Source of the DNA: an uncultured Gammaproteobacteria bacterium
Lineage (GTDB): Bacteria > Pseudomonadota > Gammaproteobacteria > Natronospirales > REEB76
Assembly (NCBI GenBank): GCA_964584665.1
Contig: CAZPAO010000010.1
Coordinates: forward strand, 435 to 64,434
Length of the DNA: 64,000 nt
Direction of reading: 5' to 3'
The notes beneath the pieces were generated by a model. It was not told where the DNA came from, did not search any database, and saw nothing but the letters and a program-made list of their open reading frames with translations. This document shows, one piece after another, positions 47,921 through 56,575 of the stretch; positions within the stretch are counted from its first letter, which is position 1, and each line of letters opens with the position of its first letter. The position numbers were made by a program, and so were the translations under genes.

Positions 47921-49284
47921 GCGCCCAACTCTGGTCCAAGGGCCTGCCCCTGGATGAGGCCATCCACCGTTTCACGGTGGGCGACGATCCCGAGCTGGAC
48001 GTGCAACTGCTGGTGCACGATGCTCAGGGCAGCGCGGCCCATGCGCGCATGCTCGCGAATTCCGGTCTCATGCCGGCGCAGGATGCGGCAGCCCTCGTGA
48101 CAGCGCTCGCGGGCATCAGCCGCAAGGCGCGGGCAGGGCAGATACGCATCGCCCGGGAGCAGGAGGATGCCCATACCGCCATCGAAGCCATCCTTACGGC
48201 GGAGTTGGGGGATGCGGGTAAGCGCATCCATCTCGGGCGCTCGCGCAACGACCAGGTGATCCTGGCGCTGCGGCTCTACATGCGCGAAGCCTTGTTGGAT
48301 ATCGCAGGACAGACCGCGGCGCTGGCGCGTAACTTCGCGGTCTTCGCCCGCAGCCATGCCCATGAACCCATGCCGGGCTATACCCACCTGCGCCGGGCCA
48401 TGCCCTCCAGTTTCGGTCTATGGGGCGCCGCCTTCGCCGCGGGCCTCGCGGAAGAACTGCAGGCCCTGCAAGCCCTGTATGCGCGCCTGGATCGTTGCCC
48501 CCTCGGGGCCGCCGCCGGTTTCGGTGTTCCGCTGCCCATCGAGCGCGAGTACACCGCGCAGTTGCTTGGGTTCTCCTCGGTGCAGGTCTCGCCGGTGGAC
48601 GTGCAGAACTCCCGGGGCCGCCACGAACTCGCTTTCCTGAACGAGTTGGCCTCCATCGGTCTAGTGATGGAGAAGTTCCTCTGGGACGTCTCCCTCTATT
48701 CCATGCCGGAGTTCGGTTTCCTGAAGCTGCCGGATGCCTTCACCACCGGTTCCTCGATCATGCCCCAGAAGCGAAACCCGGACGTGGTGGAGCTGGCGCG
48801 GGGCCGCTGCCGCGAACTGCGCGGCTACGCTGCCATGCTGCAGGAGCTGGCCGCGGGCCTGCCTTCCAACTATCACCGGGACTTCCAGTTGCTGAAGAAG
48901 CCGCTGTTCGGGGCGGTGGCCGCGGCCCGGGGTTGGCTGAATGTGCTCATCGCGCTCGTACCCGCGCTGGAAGTGGATGCTGCCAAGGCCGCCGCCGCCT
49001 GCAGCGACGACACCTATGCTGCGCACCAGGCTTACGTCCTGGCCCAGGGCGGCATGCCGTTCCGGGATGCCTACCAGCAGGTGGCGAAGCAGTTGCAGAG
49101 CGGGACATTCAAACCGGACCGGGGCGCCTTGACCGCAACGCATCTCGGCGGCGCCGGCAATCTCGGGCTGGACCGGATCGAAGCGGACATCGCCGGCGTC
49201 GAGCAGTGGACGGCGCGCACCCGCGCCGCGCTCGCCCAGGCTGAGAAGAACCTATGGAACCCTCAAGCGGAAGGTGAGCAGTGA
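47917..49284 (+). CDS. argH: Argininosuccinate lyase
   Basis: 'GRSRNDQV', 'PGYTHLRRAMPSSFG' and 'GSSIMPQKRNPDVVE', the fumarate-lyase signature. GTGA overlap with the argB stop. Confidence 0.92.
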   Translation: MSAQLWSKGLPLDEAIHRFTVGDDPELDVQLLVHDAQGSAAHARMLANSGLMPAQDAAALVTALAGISRKARAGQIRIAREQEDAHTAIEAILTAELGDAGKRIHLGRSRNDQVILALRLYMREALLDIAGQTAALARNFAVFARSHAHEPMPGYTHLRRAMPSSFGLWGAAFAAGLAEELQALQALYARLDRCPLGAAAGFGVPLPIEREYTAQLLGFSSVQVSPVDVQNSRGRHELAFLNELASIGLVMEKFLWDVSLYSMPEFGFLKLPDAFTTGSSIMPQKRNPDVVELARGRCRELRGYAAMLQELAAGLPSNYHRDFQLLKKPLFGAVAAARGWLNVLIALVPALEVDAAKAAAACSDDTYAAHQAYVLAQGGMPFRDAYQQVAKQLQSGTFKPDRGALTATHLGGAGNLGLDRIEADIAGVEQWTARTRAALAQAEKNLWNPQAEGEQ

Positions 49285-50480
49285 TGAAGAAGCATGTGGT
49301 GCTGGCGTACTCCGGCGGCCTGGACACGTCCTTCTGCGTGGTGCACCTGAAAGAGCAGGGCTACGAGGTCACCACCGTCACCGTGAATACCGGTGGGTTC
49401 AGCCCGGCTGAACTGAAGCGCATCGAGGAACTCAGCCCCAAGCTCGGTGCCAAGGCGCACCGCACCCTGGATGCCCGGAGCGAGCTGTTCCAGCGTTACC
49501 TGCGCTACCTCGTGTACGGCAACGTACTGCGCGGCAACCTCTATCCACTCAGTGTCTCGGCGGAGCGGGTCTGCCAGGCGGTGAGCGTGGTGGCGGTGGC
49601 GAAGGAGCTGAAGGCGGACGCGGTGGCCCATGGTTCCACCGGCGCCGGCAACGACCAGATACGCTTCGACGTGGCCTTCCGCGCCCTGGCGCCGGAGCTG
49701 GAGCTCATCACACCTATCCGTGCATTGGAATTGAGCCGCGCGCAGGAGATGGAGTTCCTGAAGCAGCACGGCTTCGAGTTCCCGGCCAAGACCGTGCAGT
49801 ACTCGGTGAACGAGGGCATGTGGGGCACCTCCGTGGGCGGCCGCGAGACGCTCGATTCCTGGAGCCAGCTGCCGGAAGCCGCCTTCCCCGGGGGCGAACT
49901 CGATGCGGCGGGCCTGAAGCCCCGCAAGCTGACCCTGCGCTTCGAGCAGGGCGTGCCGCTCGCCGTGGACGGCAAGGGCATGGACCCGGTGACGCTCATC
50001 GGTGAGTTGAACGCGCTGGGCCACAAGTACGGCATCGGCCGCGGCGTGCATCTCGGCGACACCATCCTCGGGATCAAGGGGCGCGTCGGTTTCGAAGCGC
50101 CGGCGGCCCATCTCCTCATCGGCAGCCACCGGGAACTGGAGAAGCTCACCCTCACGGGCAAGCAGCTCTTCTGGAAGGACACCCTCGGCAACCTCTACGG
50201 TCAGTTGCTGCACGAGGGGCATTTCTTCGATCCTCTGGCGCGCGACCTGGAGGCCTTCCTGGAATCGAGCCAGGCCCAGGTCACCGGCGAGGTACAGCTC
50301 ACGCTCTACCCCCGCGCCTTCGGCGTGGACGGCGTGCGCTCGCCCCATTCGCTCATGGATGCCAAGGTGGCGAGCTACGGCGAGGCCAACCGCCTCTGGA
50401 CCGGCGCCGAGGCCGCGGGCTTCGCCAAGCTCTATGGCGTGCAGCAGATACTCGCACTCCAGGCGGGAGGTCAGTCGTGA
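49284..50480 (+). CDS. argG: Argininosuccinate synthase
   Basis: 'KKHVVLAYSGGLDTS', 'VAHGSTGAGNDQIRF'. TGATG overlap with the argH stop. Confidence 0.95.
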   Translation: MKKHVVLAYSGGLDTSFCVVHLKEQGYEVTTVTVNTGGFSPAELKRIEELSPKLGAKAHRTLDARSELFQRYLRYLVYGNVLRGNLYPLSVSAERVCQAVSVVAVAKELKADAVAHGSTGAGNDQIRFDVAFRALAPELELITPIRALELSRAQEMEFLKQHGFEFPAKTVQYSVNEGMWGTSVGGRETLDSWSQLPEAAFPGGELDAAGLKPRKLTLRFEQGVPLAVDGKGMDPVTLIGELNALGHKYGIGRGVHLGDTILGIKGRVGFEAPAAHLLIGSHRELEKLTLTGKQLFWKDTLGNLYGQLLHEGHFFDPLARDLEAFLESSQAQVTGEVQLTLYPRAFGVDGVRSPHSLMDAKVASYGEANRLWTGAEAAGFAKLYGVQQILALQAGGQS

Positions 50481-51532
50481 GGATAAACGCGGACAAGATC
50501 GCTTCCGTCACCCGTAACCTGAAGCTGGACCGCAGTCTCACGCTCTCGCCCACCATCCGCGCCGAGCATGGTGCGGTGGTGGCGGGGCGGATACTGGGGG
50601 ATAAATCCGGCTACAACCAGCTCGAGGACGTGCACGGCCGCATGAACGTGATCCATGGCGACGACGTGATCGTCGGCGCCCTGGGGCACCGCAACGCGCT
50701 CCATGGCTACGAGGGTGTGCTGCCGAAGCAGGTGGTGCAGGGCCAGGTGCTGCATGTGCTGAACCTGGGAGGCGTCATCGGCGAGTGCGTCTCCCACAAC
50801 CCGGAAGTGGGTTCGCCCTTCGAGTTCGAGGTGCTGGGCCAGGTGCTGATCTATCCCGAGTTCCAGTCCCGCGAGGGCCAGGCCGCCAACATCCGCATGG
50901 GTGCCTTGCAGCAGGAGGGCCGCAAGCTCGACTGCAAGGTCATCTACGTGGCGGGCACCTGCATGAACGCCGGCAAGACCGCCGCCGCCTGCGCCCTGGT
51001 GCGCCGGCTCTCCCAGGCCGGTTATCGCGTGGGCGGCGCCAAGCTCACGGGTGTCTCGCTCATGCGCGACACCTTGAGCATGCGGGACTACGGCGCCGAG
51101 GTGACCTACGACTTCACCGACGCGGGCATCGTCTGCACCGGCCAGGACAGTGCCAACCAGGTGGCCCGCACGCTGTTCGCACAACTCTCGGGCCGCGGCC
51201 TGGACGTGATCGTGGCGGAGACCGGCGACGGTATCATGGGCGATTACGGCGTGCAGACCATCCTCGCGGATCCGGAGCTGAAGGCCCTCACCGCCGGCTT
51301 CGTGTTCTGCGCCAACGATCCCGTCGGCGTCGCGGGCGGCGTGCGCCACCTGCAGCGCGAATACGGCATCGATGCCGACGTGGTCACGGGCCCCGCCACC
51401 GACAACAACGTGGGCGTGCGCTTCGTGGAGCGGGAGGTGGGCATGACCGCCATCAACGCCCGCACCCATTCCAAGGCCTTCGGCGAGCACCTGCTGAAGC
51501 TGCTCACGGAGCGGGGCATCCGCAGGCAATGA
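50477..51532 (+). CDS. Uncharacterised 351-aa protein with a BioD/CobQ/DUF1611-type deviant P-loop, embedded in the arg operon
   Basis: GTG start in a GTGA overlap with the argG stop. GGAGG RBS at 50466-50470. The stop is in an ATGA overlap with the argC start. C-terminal half: 'VIYVAGTCMNAGKTAAACALVRRLSQAGYRVGGAKLTG' (G-x5-GKT spacing as in BioD 'GTDTxVGKT' and DUF1611 'GTDCxxGK'). The N-terminal ~150 aa is beta-rich with no motif I recognise. Confidence 0.8.
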   Translation: MRINADKIASVTRNLKLDRSLTLSPTIRAEHGAVVAGRILGDKSGYNQLEDVHGRMNVIHGDDVIVGALGHRNALHGYEGVLPKQVVQGQVLHVLNLGGVIGECVSHNPEVGSPFEFEVLGQVLIYPEFQSREGQAANIRMGALQQEGRKLDCKVIYVAGTCMNAGKTAAACALVRRLSQAGYRVGGAKLTGVSLMRDTLSMRDYGAEVTYDFTDAGIVCTGQDSANQVARTLFAQLSGRGLDVIVAETGDGIMGDYGVQTILADPELKALTAGFVFCANDPVGVAGGVRHLQREYGIDADVVTGPATDNNVGVRFVEREVGMTAINARTHSKAFGEHLLKLLTERGIRRQ

Positions 51533-52590
51533 GCGGCCTTCCTGTCTATATCCTCGGCGGCTCGGGTTACGGCGGCGGAGAGTTGCTGCGGCTCCTGTCC
51601 GCACATCCCAAGGTCGGTGTGCTGCGCGCCGTGTCCCGCAAGCAGGCCGGCGAGCCTTTCTGGAAGATGCACCCGAACCTGCGTGGCGTAGTGCAAGGAA
51701 GCTTCGATGGGGAGCCGGATTGGAGCGCCCTCGCGGATGCCGCGCACCCGGTGGTGTTCGCCGCCATGCCCCATTTCGAACTAGCCCAGCAGCTGCCGGC
51801 GCTGGAAGCGGCATGGATGGCGGTGGGCATCGCCGACAGACTCACGCTCATAGATCTCTCGGGGGATTTCCGGCTGGATGATGCGGCGGCCTTCGCCGCC
51901 GCCTACGGTAAGCCTCACCCCTATCCTCAAGGCCTGGGGAGTTTCGTCTACGGCCTGCCGGAGTGGCGCCGGCAGAAGCTCGCCGGCGCACGGCGCATCG
52001 CCAGCCCCGGCTGCTTCGCCACTGCCATCCAGTTGGCGCTGCTGCCTTTCGCCGGGATGGAAGACTTGGGTTTCATCGCCGTGAGCGCCGCCACGGGCTC
52101 CTCCGGTTCCGGTACCTCACCGGGGGAGGGGACGCACCATCCGACCCGCGCCCAGGATTTCCGCGCCTACAAGGTGCTGACGCATCAGCATGAGGCTGAG
52201 ATCACGCGACTCCTAGATGCGGAAGGCAGCTCCAATTATTCACTGGGCTTCGTCCCGCATTCGGCGCCCATGGTGCGTGGCATCTACGCCACGGTCCAGT
52301 TCCGTGCCCCGGGGCTGGATGCGACGGCCATCGGCAAGCACATCGAAGAGACATACGAGGATGCGCCTTTCCTGCGGCTGCTCGGCAGTGAGGCCCCGCG
52401 CGTCGGTGCCGTGGCGGGTTCCAACTTCTGTGACGTCGGTTGGCAGGTGAAGGACGGGACGGTGGCGGTGATGACCGCCCTCGACAACTTGGTGAAGGGC
52501 ATGGCGGGCCAGGCCATCCAGAACATGAACCTCGCCCTGGGATTCCCGGAGACCGAAGGCCTCCTGCATGCCGGGACTTACCCAGGCTGA
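51529..52590 (+). CDS. argC: N-acetyl-gamma-glutamyl-phosphate reductase
   Basis: 'VYILGGSGYGGGELLRLL', active-site 'IASPGCFATAIQLAL', 'DNLVKGMAGQAIQNMN'. 353 aa from the ATG at 51529. The longer track ORF is a 5' artefact. Confidence 0.93.
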   Translation: MSGLPVYILGGSGYGGGELLRLLSAHPKVGVLRAVSRKQAGEPFWKMHPNLRGVVQGSFDGEPDWSALADAAHPVVFAAMPHFELAQQLPALEAAWMAVGIADRLTLIDLSGDFRLDDAAAFAAAYGKPHPYPQGLGSFVYGLPEWRRQKLAGARRIASPGCFATAIQLALLPFAGMEDLGFIAVSAATGSSGSGTSPGEGTHHPTRAQDFRAYKVLTHQHEAEITRLLDAEGSSNYSLGFVPHSAPMVRGIYATVQFRAPGLDATAIGKHIEETYEDAPFLRLLGSEAPRVGAVAGSNFCDVGWQVKDGTVAVMTALDNLVKGMAGQAIQNMNLALGFPETEGLLHAGTYPG

Positions 52591-52743
52591 TCCTACAGCT
52601 CGAGATGGTTTGAGGGGCAAGGAGACATATTCAAGCCGATCTCGTCGATTGTCATATTCTCAGATACAAGCATATGCTCTGACATAGAGACCGATCACAG
52701 GGGCTGTCCCTAAGGAGCGGATGCCTGGCTGGATGCCACCCAT

Positions 52744-54543
52744 GTGAAGGATGCCCCATTAAGTCCCGCTGAAGAACACTTCCGCATCGTAGTGGAAGAG
52801 TCGCCCATCGCCATGGTCATGGTGAACGAGGCTGGTGTCATCACCCTGATCAACTCCCAGGCTGAGAAGCTCTTCGGTTATTCTCGCCAGGAGCTGCTCG
52901 GCCAGCCCATCGAGATACTGGTGCCGGAGCGCGTGCATTGGGCACATCCCGCGCTGCGCAAGAATTACTTTCAAGATCCGCAGCCTCGTGCCATGGGCGC
53001 GGGGCGGCGTCTGTCTGGCCGGCGTAAAGACGGCACGGAGATGCCGGTGGAGATAGGGCTCAACCCCATCATCACCAAAGAAAGCCGCTCCGTGCTGGCT
53101 TCCATCATCGACGTCACGGAAGGCAGGCTCGATGAAGCGCGTTTCCACGCCATGCTCGAGGGCGCACCCACGGCCATGGTGATGGTGAGCGAGAGCGGCA
53201 TCATCACCCTCATCAATTCCCAGACCGAGAAACTGTTCGGTTACCGGCCCGAGGAACTGCTGGGCCAGCCTCTGGAGGTGCTGGTGCCGGTGCGGTTCCG
53301 TGACCGACTTCCGGCCATGCGCGCCGCATTCTTCGAGGATCCCGATACCCGTACCACGAGCGCGGGCGTGGAGCTGCATGGTTTGCACCGGGATGGCACG
53401 GAGATCCCGGTGGAGATAGGGCTCAACCCCATCACCACCCGCAAGGGCCGCTTCGTGATGATCTCCGTCGTCAACATCTCAGACCGTAAGCGCGCCGAGG
53501 ATCTCTTCCAGGCCATGGTCGAGGGCGCGCCCACCGTCATGATAATGATCAACGAGGCGGGCATCATAACCCTGGTCAATTCCCAGACCGAGAAACTCTT
53601 CGGCTATCGCCGTGAAGAGCTGCTGGGGAAGCCTGCTGAGATCCTGGTGCCTATGCGGTTCCGTGGCCATCACGCCGCTATGCGGGCGAACTTCCAGCAG
53701 GATCCGAATATGCGTTCCATCGGCATCGAACAGGATATGTACGGCCTGCGCCGGAATGGGACGGAGATGCCGGTGGAGATCAACATCAACCCCGTCGTCA
53801 CCCAGGGAGGCCACTTCGTGATGGCTTCCATCATCGATATCAGCGAGCGCAGGCAGGCGGAATTGCGAGTACAGGCCTATGCGGAGGAGTTGCGGCAGAT
53901 GTCGCAGCGCCTGCTGGAGGCCCAGGAGATGGAACGCCGTGGTATCGCCCGGGAGCTGCACGATGAGGTGGGTCAGTCCCTGACCGCGGCCAGCATCAAC
54001 CTCGGAGACCTGGAGAAGCAGGCGGCGGGTGGACCATTGGCGGCGCAACTTGCCGAGGTCTCCGCCATCATCGCGCGCTTATTGCAGCAGATCCGTCAGC
54101 TGTCCTTGGACCTGCATCCCACGGTGCTGGATGACCTGGGGATCGCGCCGGGCTTCCGATGGCTGATACGTGAGCGCGCCGCCCGCAGCGGCTTGGATGT
54201 GACGTTGAGCGTGGCGGATGATCTTCCGCGCTTCAGCGCCATGGTCGAGAACACGCTGTTCCGGGTGTTCCAGGAATCGCTATCCAACGTCCTGCGCCAT
54301 GCGCAGGCGAAGAAGCTGGCCGTGGAATTGCGTTTTGAAGCGGACAGCCTGAAATTGACCATCCGCGACGACGGACGTGGTTTCGACCCGGCAGCTGCCC
54401 ACAAACACGCCCTGGAAGGCACGAGTCTAGGGGTCCTCGGCATGGGAGAACGGGTGCGGCTTGCGGGTGGCACCATCGACTTCAAGTCGGCGATAGGCCA
54501 GGGCACGGAGATACGCGTGACCCTGCCCGCGATAGCGCGCTGA
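52744..54543 (+). CDS. Cytoplasmic sensor histidine kinase: three tandem PAS domains + HisKA_3 + HATPase (NarL-class partner type)
   Basis: Three near-repeat PAS modules ('VITLINSQAEKLFGYSRQELLGQP', 'IITLINSQTEKLFGYRPEELLGQP', 'IITLVNSQTEKLFGYRREELLGKP'). H-box 'IARELHDEVGQSL'. ATPase 'RDDGRGFD...GVLGMGERV'. No TM segment. Confidence 0.85.
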   Translation: MKDAPLSPAEEHFRIVVEESPIAMVMVNEAGVITLINSQAEKLFGYSRQELLGQPIEILVPERVHWAHPALRKNYFQDPQPRAMGAGRRLSGRRKDGTEMPVEIGLNPIITKESRSVLASIIDVTEGRLDEARFHAMLEGAPTAMVMVSESGIITLINSQTEKLFGYRPEELLGQPLEVLVPVRFRDRLPAMRAAFFEDPDTRTTSAGVELHGLHRDGTEIPVEIGLNPITTRKGRFVMISVVNISDRKRAEDLFQAMVEGAPTVMIMINEAGIITLVNSQTEKLFGYRREELLGKPAEILVPMRFRGHHAAMRANFQQDPNMRSIGIEQDMYGLRRNGTEMPVEININPVVTQGGHFVMASIIDISERRQAELRVQAYAEELRQMSQRLLEAQEMERRGIARELHDEVGQSLTAASINLGDLEKQAAGGPLAAQLAEVSAIIARLLQQIRQLSLDLHPTVLDDLGIAPGFRWLIRERAARSGLDVTLSVADDLPRFSAMVENTLFRVFQESLSNVLRHAQAKKLAVELRFEADSLKLTIRDDGRGFDPAAAHKHALEGTSLGVLGMGERVRLAGGTIDFKSAIGQGTEIRVTLPAIAR

Positions 54544-54864
54544 CACACCGATGAGTGCTCCCGCAGTGCCCGTCTTTTGCATCCCGTGTTGCCGGCAGGA
54601 TATGTAACCTCGATGGGTGTGCTCCCGAGGCCATCATCGACTGTTTTGGCCGTTCACTGAATGACCGACCTGCGGTGATTGCCAGACTGCAAACCTATGT
54701 TGTCTGGCGCACATACCGATATGGCAACTTGGTGGATACTTCGGGTATCCGTCAGGGCGCCATGCCTTCCCTGATCAGTCCGGATCTTTGAGTCCAATCC
54801 TGCGAACCTTCACCCGTATGATCCGGTTCCAAGGCGATCCCAACCCAATGACAGGAAGTCACAG

Positions 54865-56028
54865 GTGGCTATCGGCGATCCAGGTCCAGAAGTCATCAGT
54901 CACGTCGACGCTCTCAAAAATGCCGAGACACATCTGGCGCAGATGGAGGTCAGGTATCGCGGGCTGCTGGAGGCTGCTCCGGATGCGATGGTGGTGGTCA
55001 ACCAGGCCGGTGAGATCGTCCTGCTGAATCTGCAGACTGAAAAACAGTTCGGCTATCAGCGTGATGAACTGCTGGGGCAGAAGGTCAAGGCCATCATACC
55101 GGAGGGGTTCGCCGAACGGCTGCTCGCTGACGGCAGCCGCTCCGCGGAGGAGGCCCTGGCGCAGCATATCGGTACCGGCATCGAGCTTTACGGGCGGCGC
55201 AAGGACGGCAGCGATTTCCCGATCGAGATCATGTTGAGCCCGTTGAAGAGCGCCGAGGGGGTTCTGGTGACGGCCGCGATCCGCGACATCAGCGTGCGTA
55301 AGACCGCTGAGGCTAATCTTCTGCAGAAAGTGGTGGAGTTGAACCGCTCGAACGAGGAGCTGGGGCAATTCGCCTATATGGCCTCCCACGATCTGCAGGA
55401 ACCGTTGCGGATGGTATCCAGTTATACGGAGCTCCTGTCCAGGCGGTACAAAGGGAAGCTGGATGCCGAAGCCGATGAATTCATCGCATTTGCCGTCGAT
55501 GGGGCCAACCGGATGCAGCGGTTGATCAGGGATCTTCTGGTCTATTCCCGCGTCGGGACCGCTGAGATGGATGTGCTCGACATCTCGAGCGAAGCAGCGC
55601 TGGAGCAGGCGCTCATCAACCTGCGCGTCGCCATCCAGGAGAGCGGTGCGCTGGTGACGCACGGTCCATTGCCCAAGGTCATGGCGGACGAGATACAACT
55701 GATCCAGCTATTCCAGAACCTCATCGGCAATGCCATCAAGTATCAAAGTCACGGAGTGCCCCGGGCACACATCTCCGCGATCAAGGATGGTGTGAAGAGA
55801 TGGGTGTTTTCGGTACGGGACAATGGTTTGGGGATAGATTCGCAATATTTCGAGAGGATATTCGGCATGTTCCAGCGCCTCCACAAACGTGAAGATTTCG
55901 CGGGCACCGGCGTTGGGTTGGCCATCTGCAAGAAGATCGTAGAGCGGCACGGGGGCGACATCTGGGTCGAGTCACAACTCGGTACAGGCTCGACATTCCA
56001 TTTCGCCCTGGTTGGGAAGGAGTACTGA
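54865..56028 (+). CDS. Cytoplasmic sensor histidine kinase: one PAS + HisKA + HATPase
   Basis: PAS 'IVLLNLQTEKQFGYQRDELLGQK...GRRKDGSDFPIEI'. H-box 'ASHDLQEPLRM'. N and G boxes 'NLIGNAIKY', 'RDNGLGID', 'GTGVGLAICKKIV'. GTG start at 54865; the exact start is uncertain. Confidence 0.85.
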   Translation: MAIGDPGPEVISHVDALKNAETHLAQMEVRYRGLLEAAPDAMVVVNQAGEIVLLNLQTEKQFGYQRDELLGQKVKAIIPEGFAERLLADGSRSAEEALAQHIGTGIELYGRRKDGSDFPIEIMLSPLKSAEGVLVTAAIRDISVRKTAEANLLQKVVELNRSNEELGQFAYMASHDLQEPLRMVSSYTELLSRRYKGKLDAEADEFIAFAVDGANRMQRLIRDLLVYSRVGTAEMDVLDISSEAALEQALINLRVAIQESGALVTHGPLPKVMADEIQLIQLFQNLIGNAIKYQSHGVPRAHISAIKDGVKRWVFSVRDNGLGIDSQYFERIFGMFQRLHKREDFAGTGVGLAICKKIVERHGGDIWVESQLGTGSTFHFALVGKEY

Positions 56029-56030
56029 CC

Positions 56031-56492
56031 ATGAAGACTCTCGGCGGGAAGCCGGCACACATCGATGTCCTGCTGGTCGAAGATAGCCCTGGCGACGTCA
56101 GGCTGACTCAGGAAGTCTTCCGCGAGGCCAATAGATCCATCCATCTGCATGTAGTCGTCGATGGTATAGAGGCCATGGCATTCCTGAGGCACGAGGGCGT
56201 CCACGCCCACGCCCCACGTCCGGATATGATCCTGTTGGATCTGAACCTCCCCAAGATGGATGGCCGCGAGGTCCTGGCCGTCATCAAGGAAGACGACGGC
56301 TTAAAAAGCATCCCGACGGTCATCCTGACCACATCCGAGTCTGAAGTCGATATCGTGAAAAGCTATCAATTGCACGCGAACAGCTATCTCAACAAGCCTG
56401 TGCAATTGGATGCCTTCGAGAATCTCGTGAAGAGCATAAATGAATTCTGGCTGGTCAACGTCAAGCTGCCCAAGCACAGCCGTGGTGAGTGA
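56031..56492 (+). CDS. Single-domain response regulator (Rcp1/CheY-like receiver)
   Basis: 'DVLLVEDSPGDVRL', phospho-acceptor 'PDMILLDLNLPKMDG', 'ILTTS', 'NSYLNKP'. It starts 3 nt after the kinase stop. Confidence 0.9.
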   Translation: MKTLGGKPAHIDVLLVEDSPGDVRLTQEVFREANRSIHLHVVVDGIEAMAFLRHEGVHAHAPRPDMILLDLNLPKMDGREVLAVIKEDDGLKSIPTVILTTSESEVDIVKSYQLHANSYLNKPVQLDAFENLVKSINEFWLVNVKLPKHSRGE

Positions 56493-56525
56493 ACAGGGTG
56501 TCGGCGCTCGCCTAGGCTGAAATGA

Positions 56526-56549
56526 AACCGGGGCCTTTCGGCCCCGGTT
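56526..56549. terminator. Hairpin terminator between convergent genes
   Basis: AACCGGGGCC-tttc-GGCCCCGGTT, a 10-bp stem. The T-rich tail is on the minus-strand side (TTTCATTTC). Confidence 0.6.
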
Positions 56550-56575
56550 CGATCTCAACTATATCTAAGCGATGA

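Noticed and set aside
54555-54791. 78-aa ORF (and the overlapping 54788-55027 ORF) between the two PAS kinases as possible genes.
   Set aside because: Non-ATG start, no RBS, no recognisable motif and no TM or signal sequence. The second ORF overlaps the N-terminus of the kinase in another frame. I keep it only as a finding to check, not as a feature.
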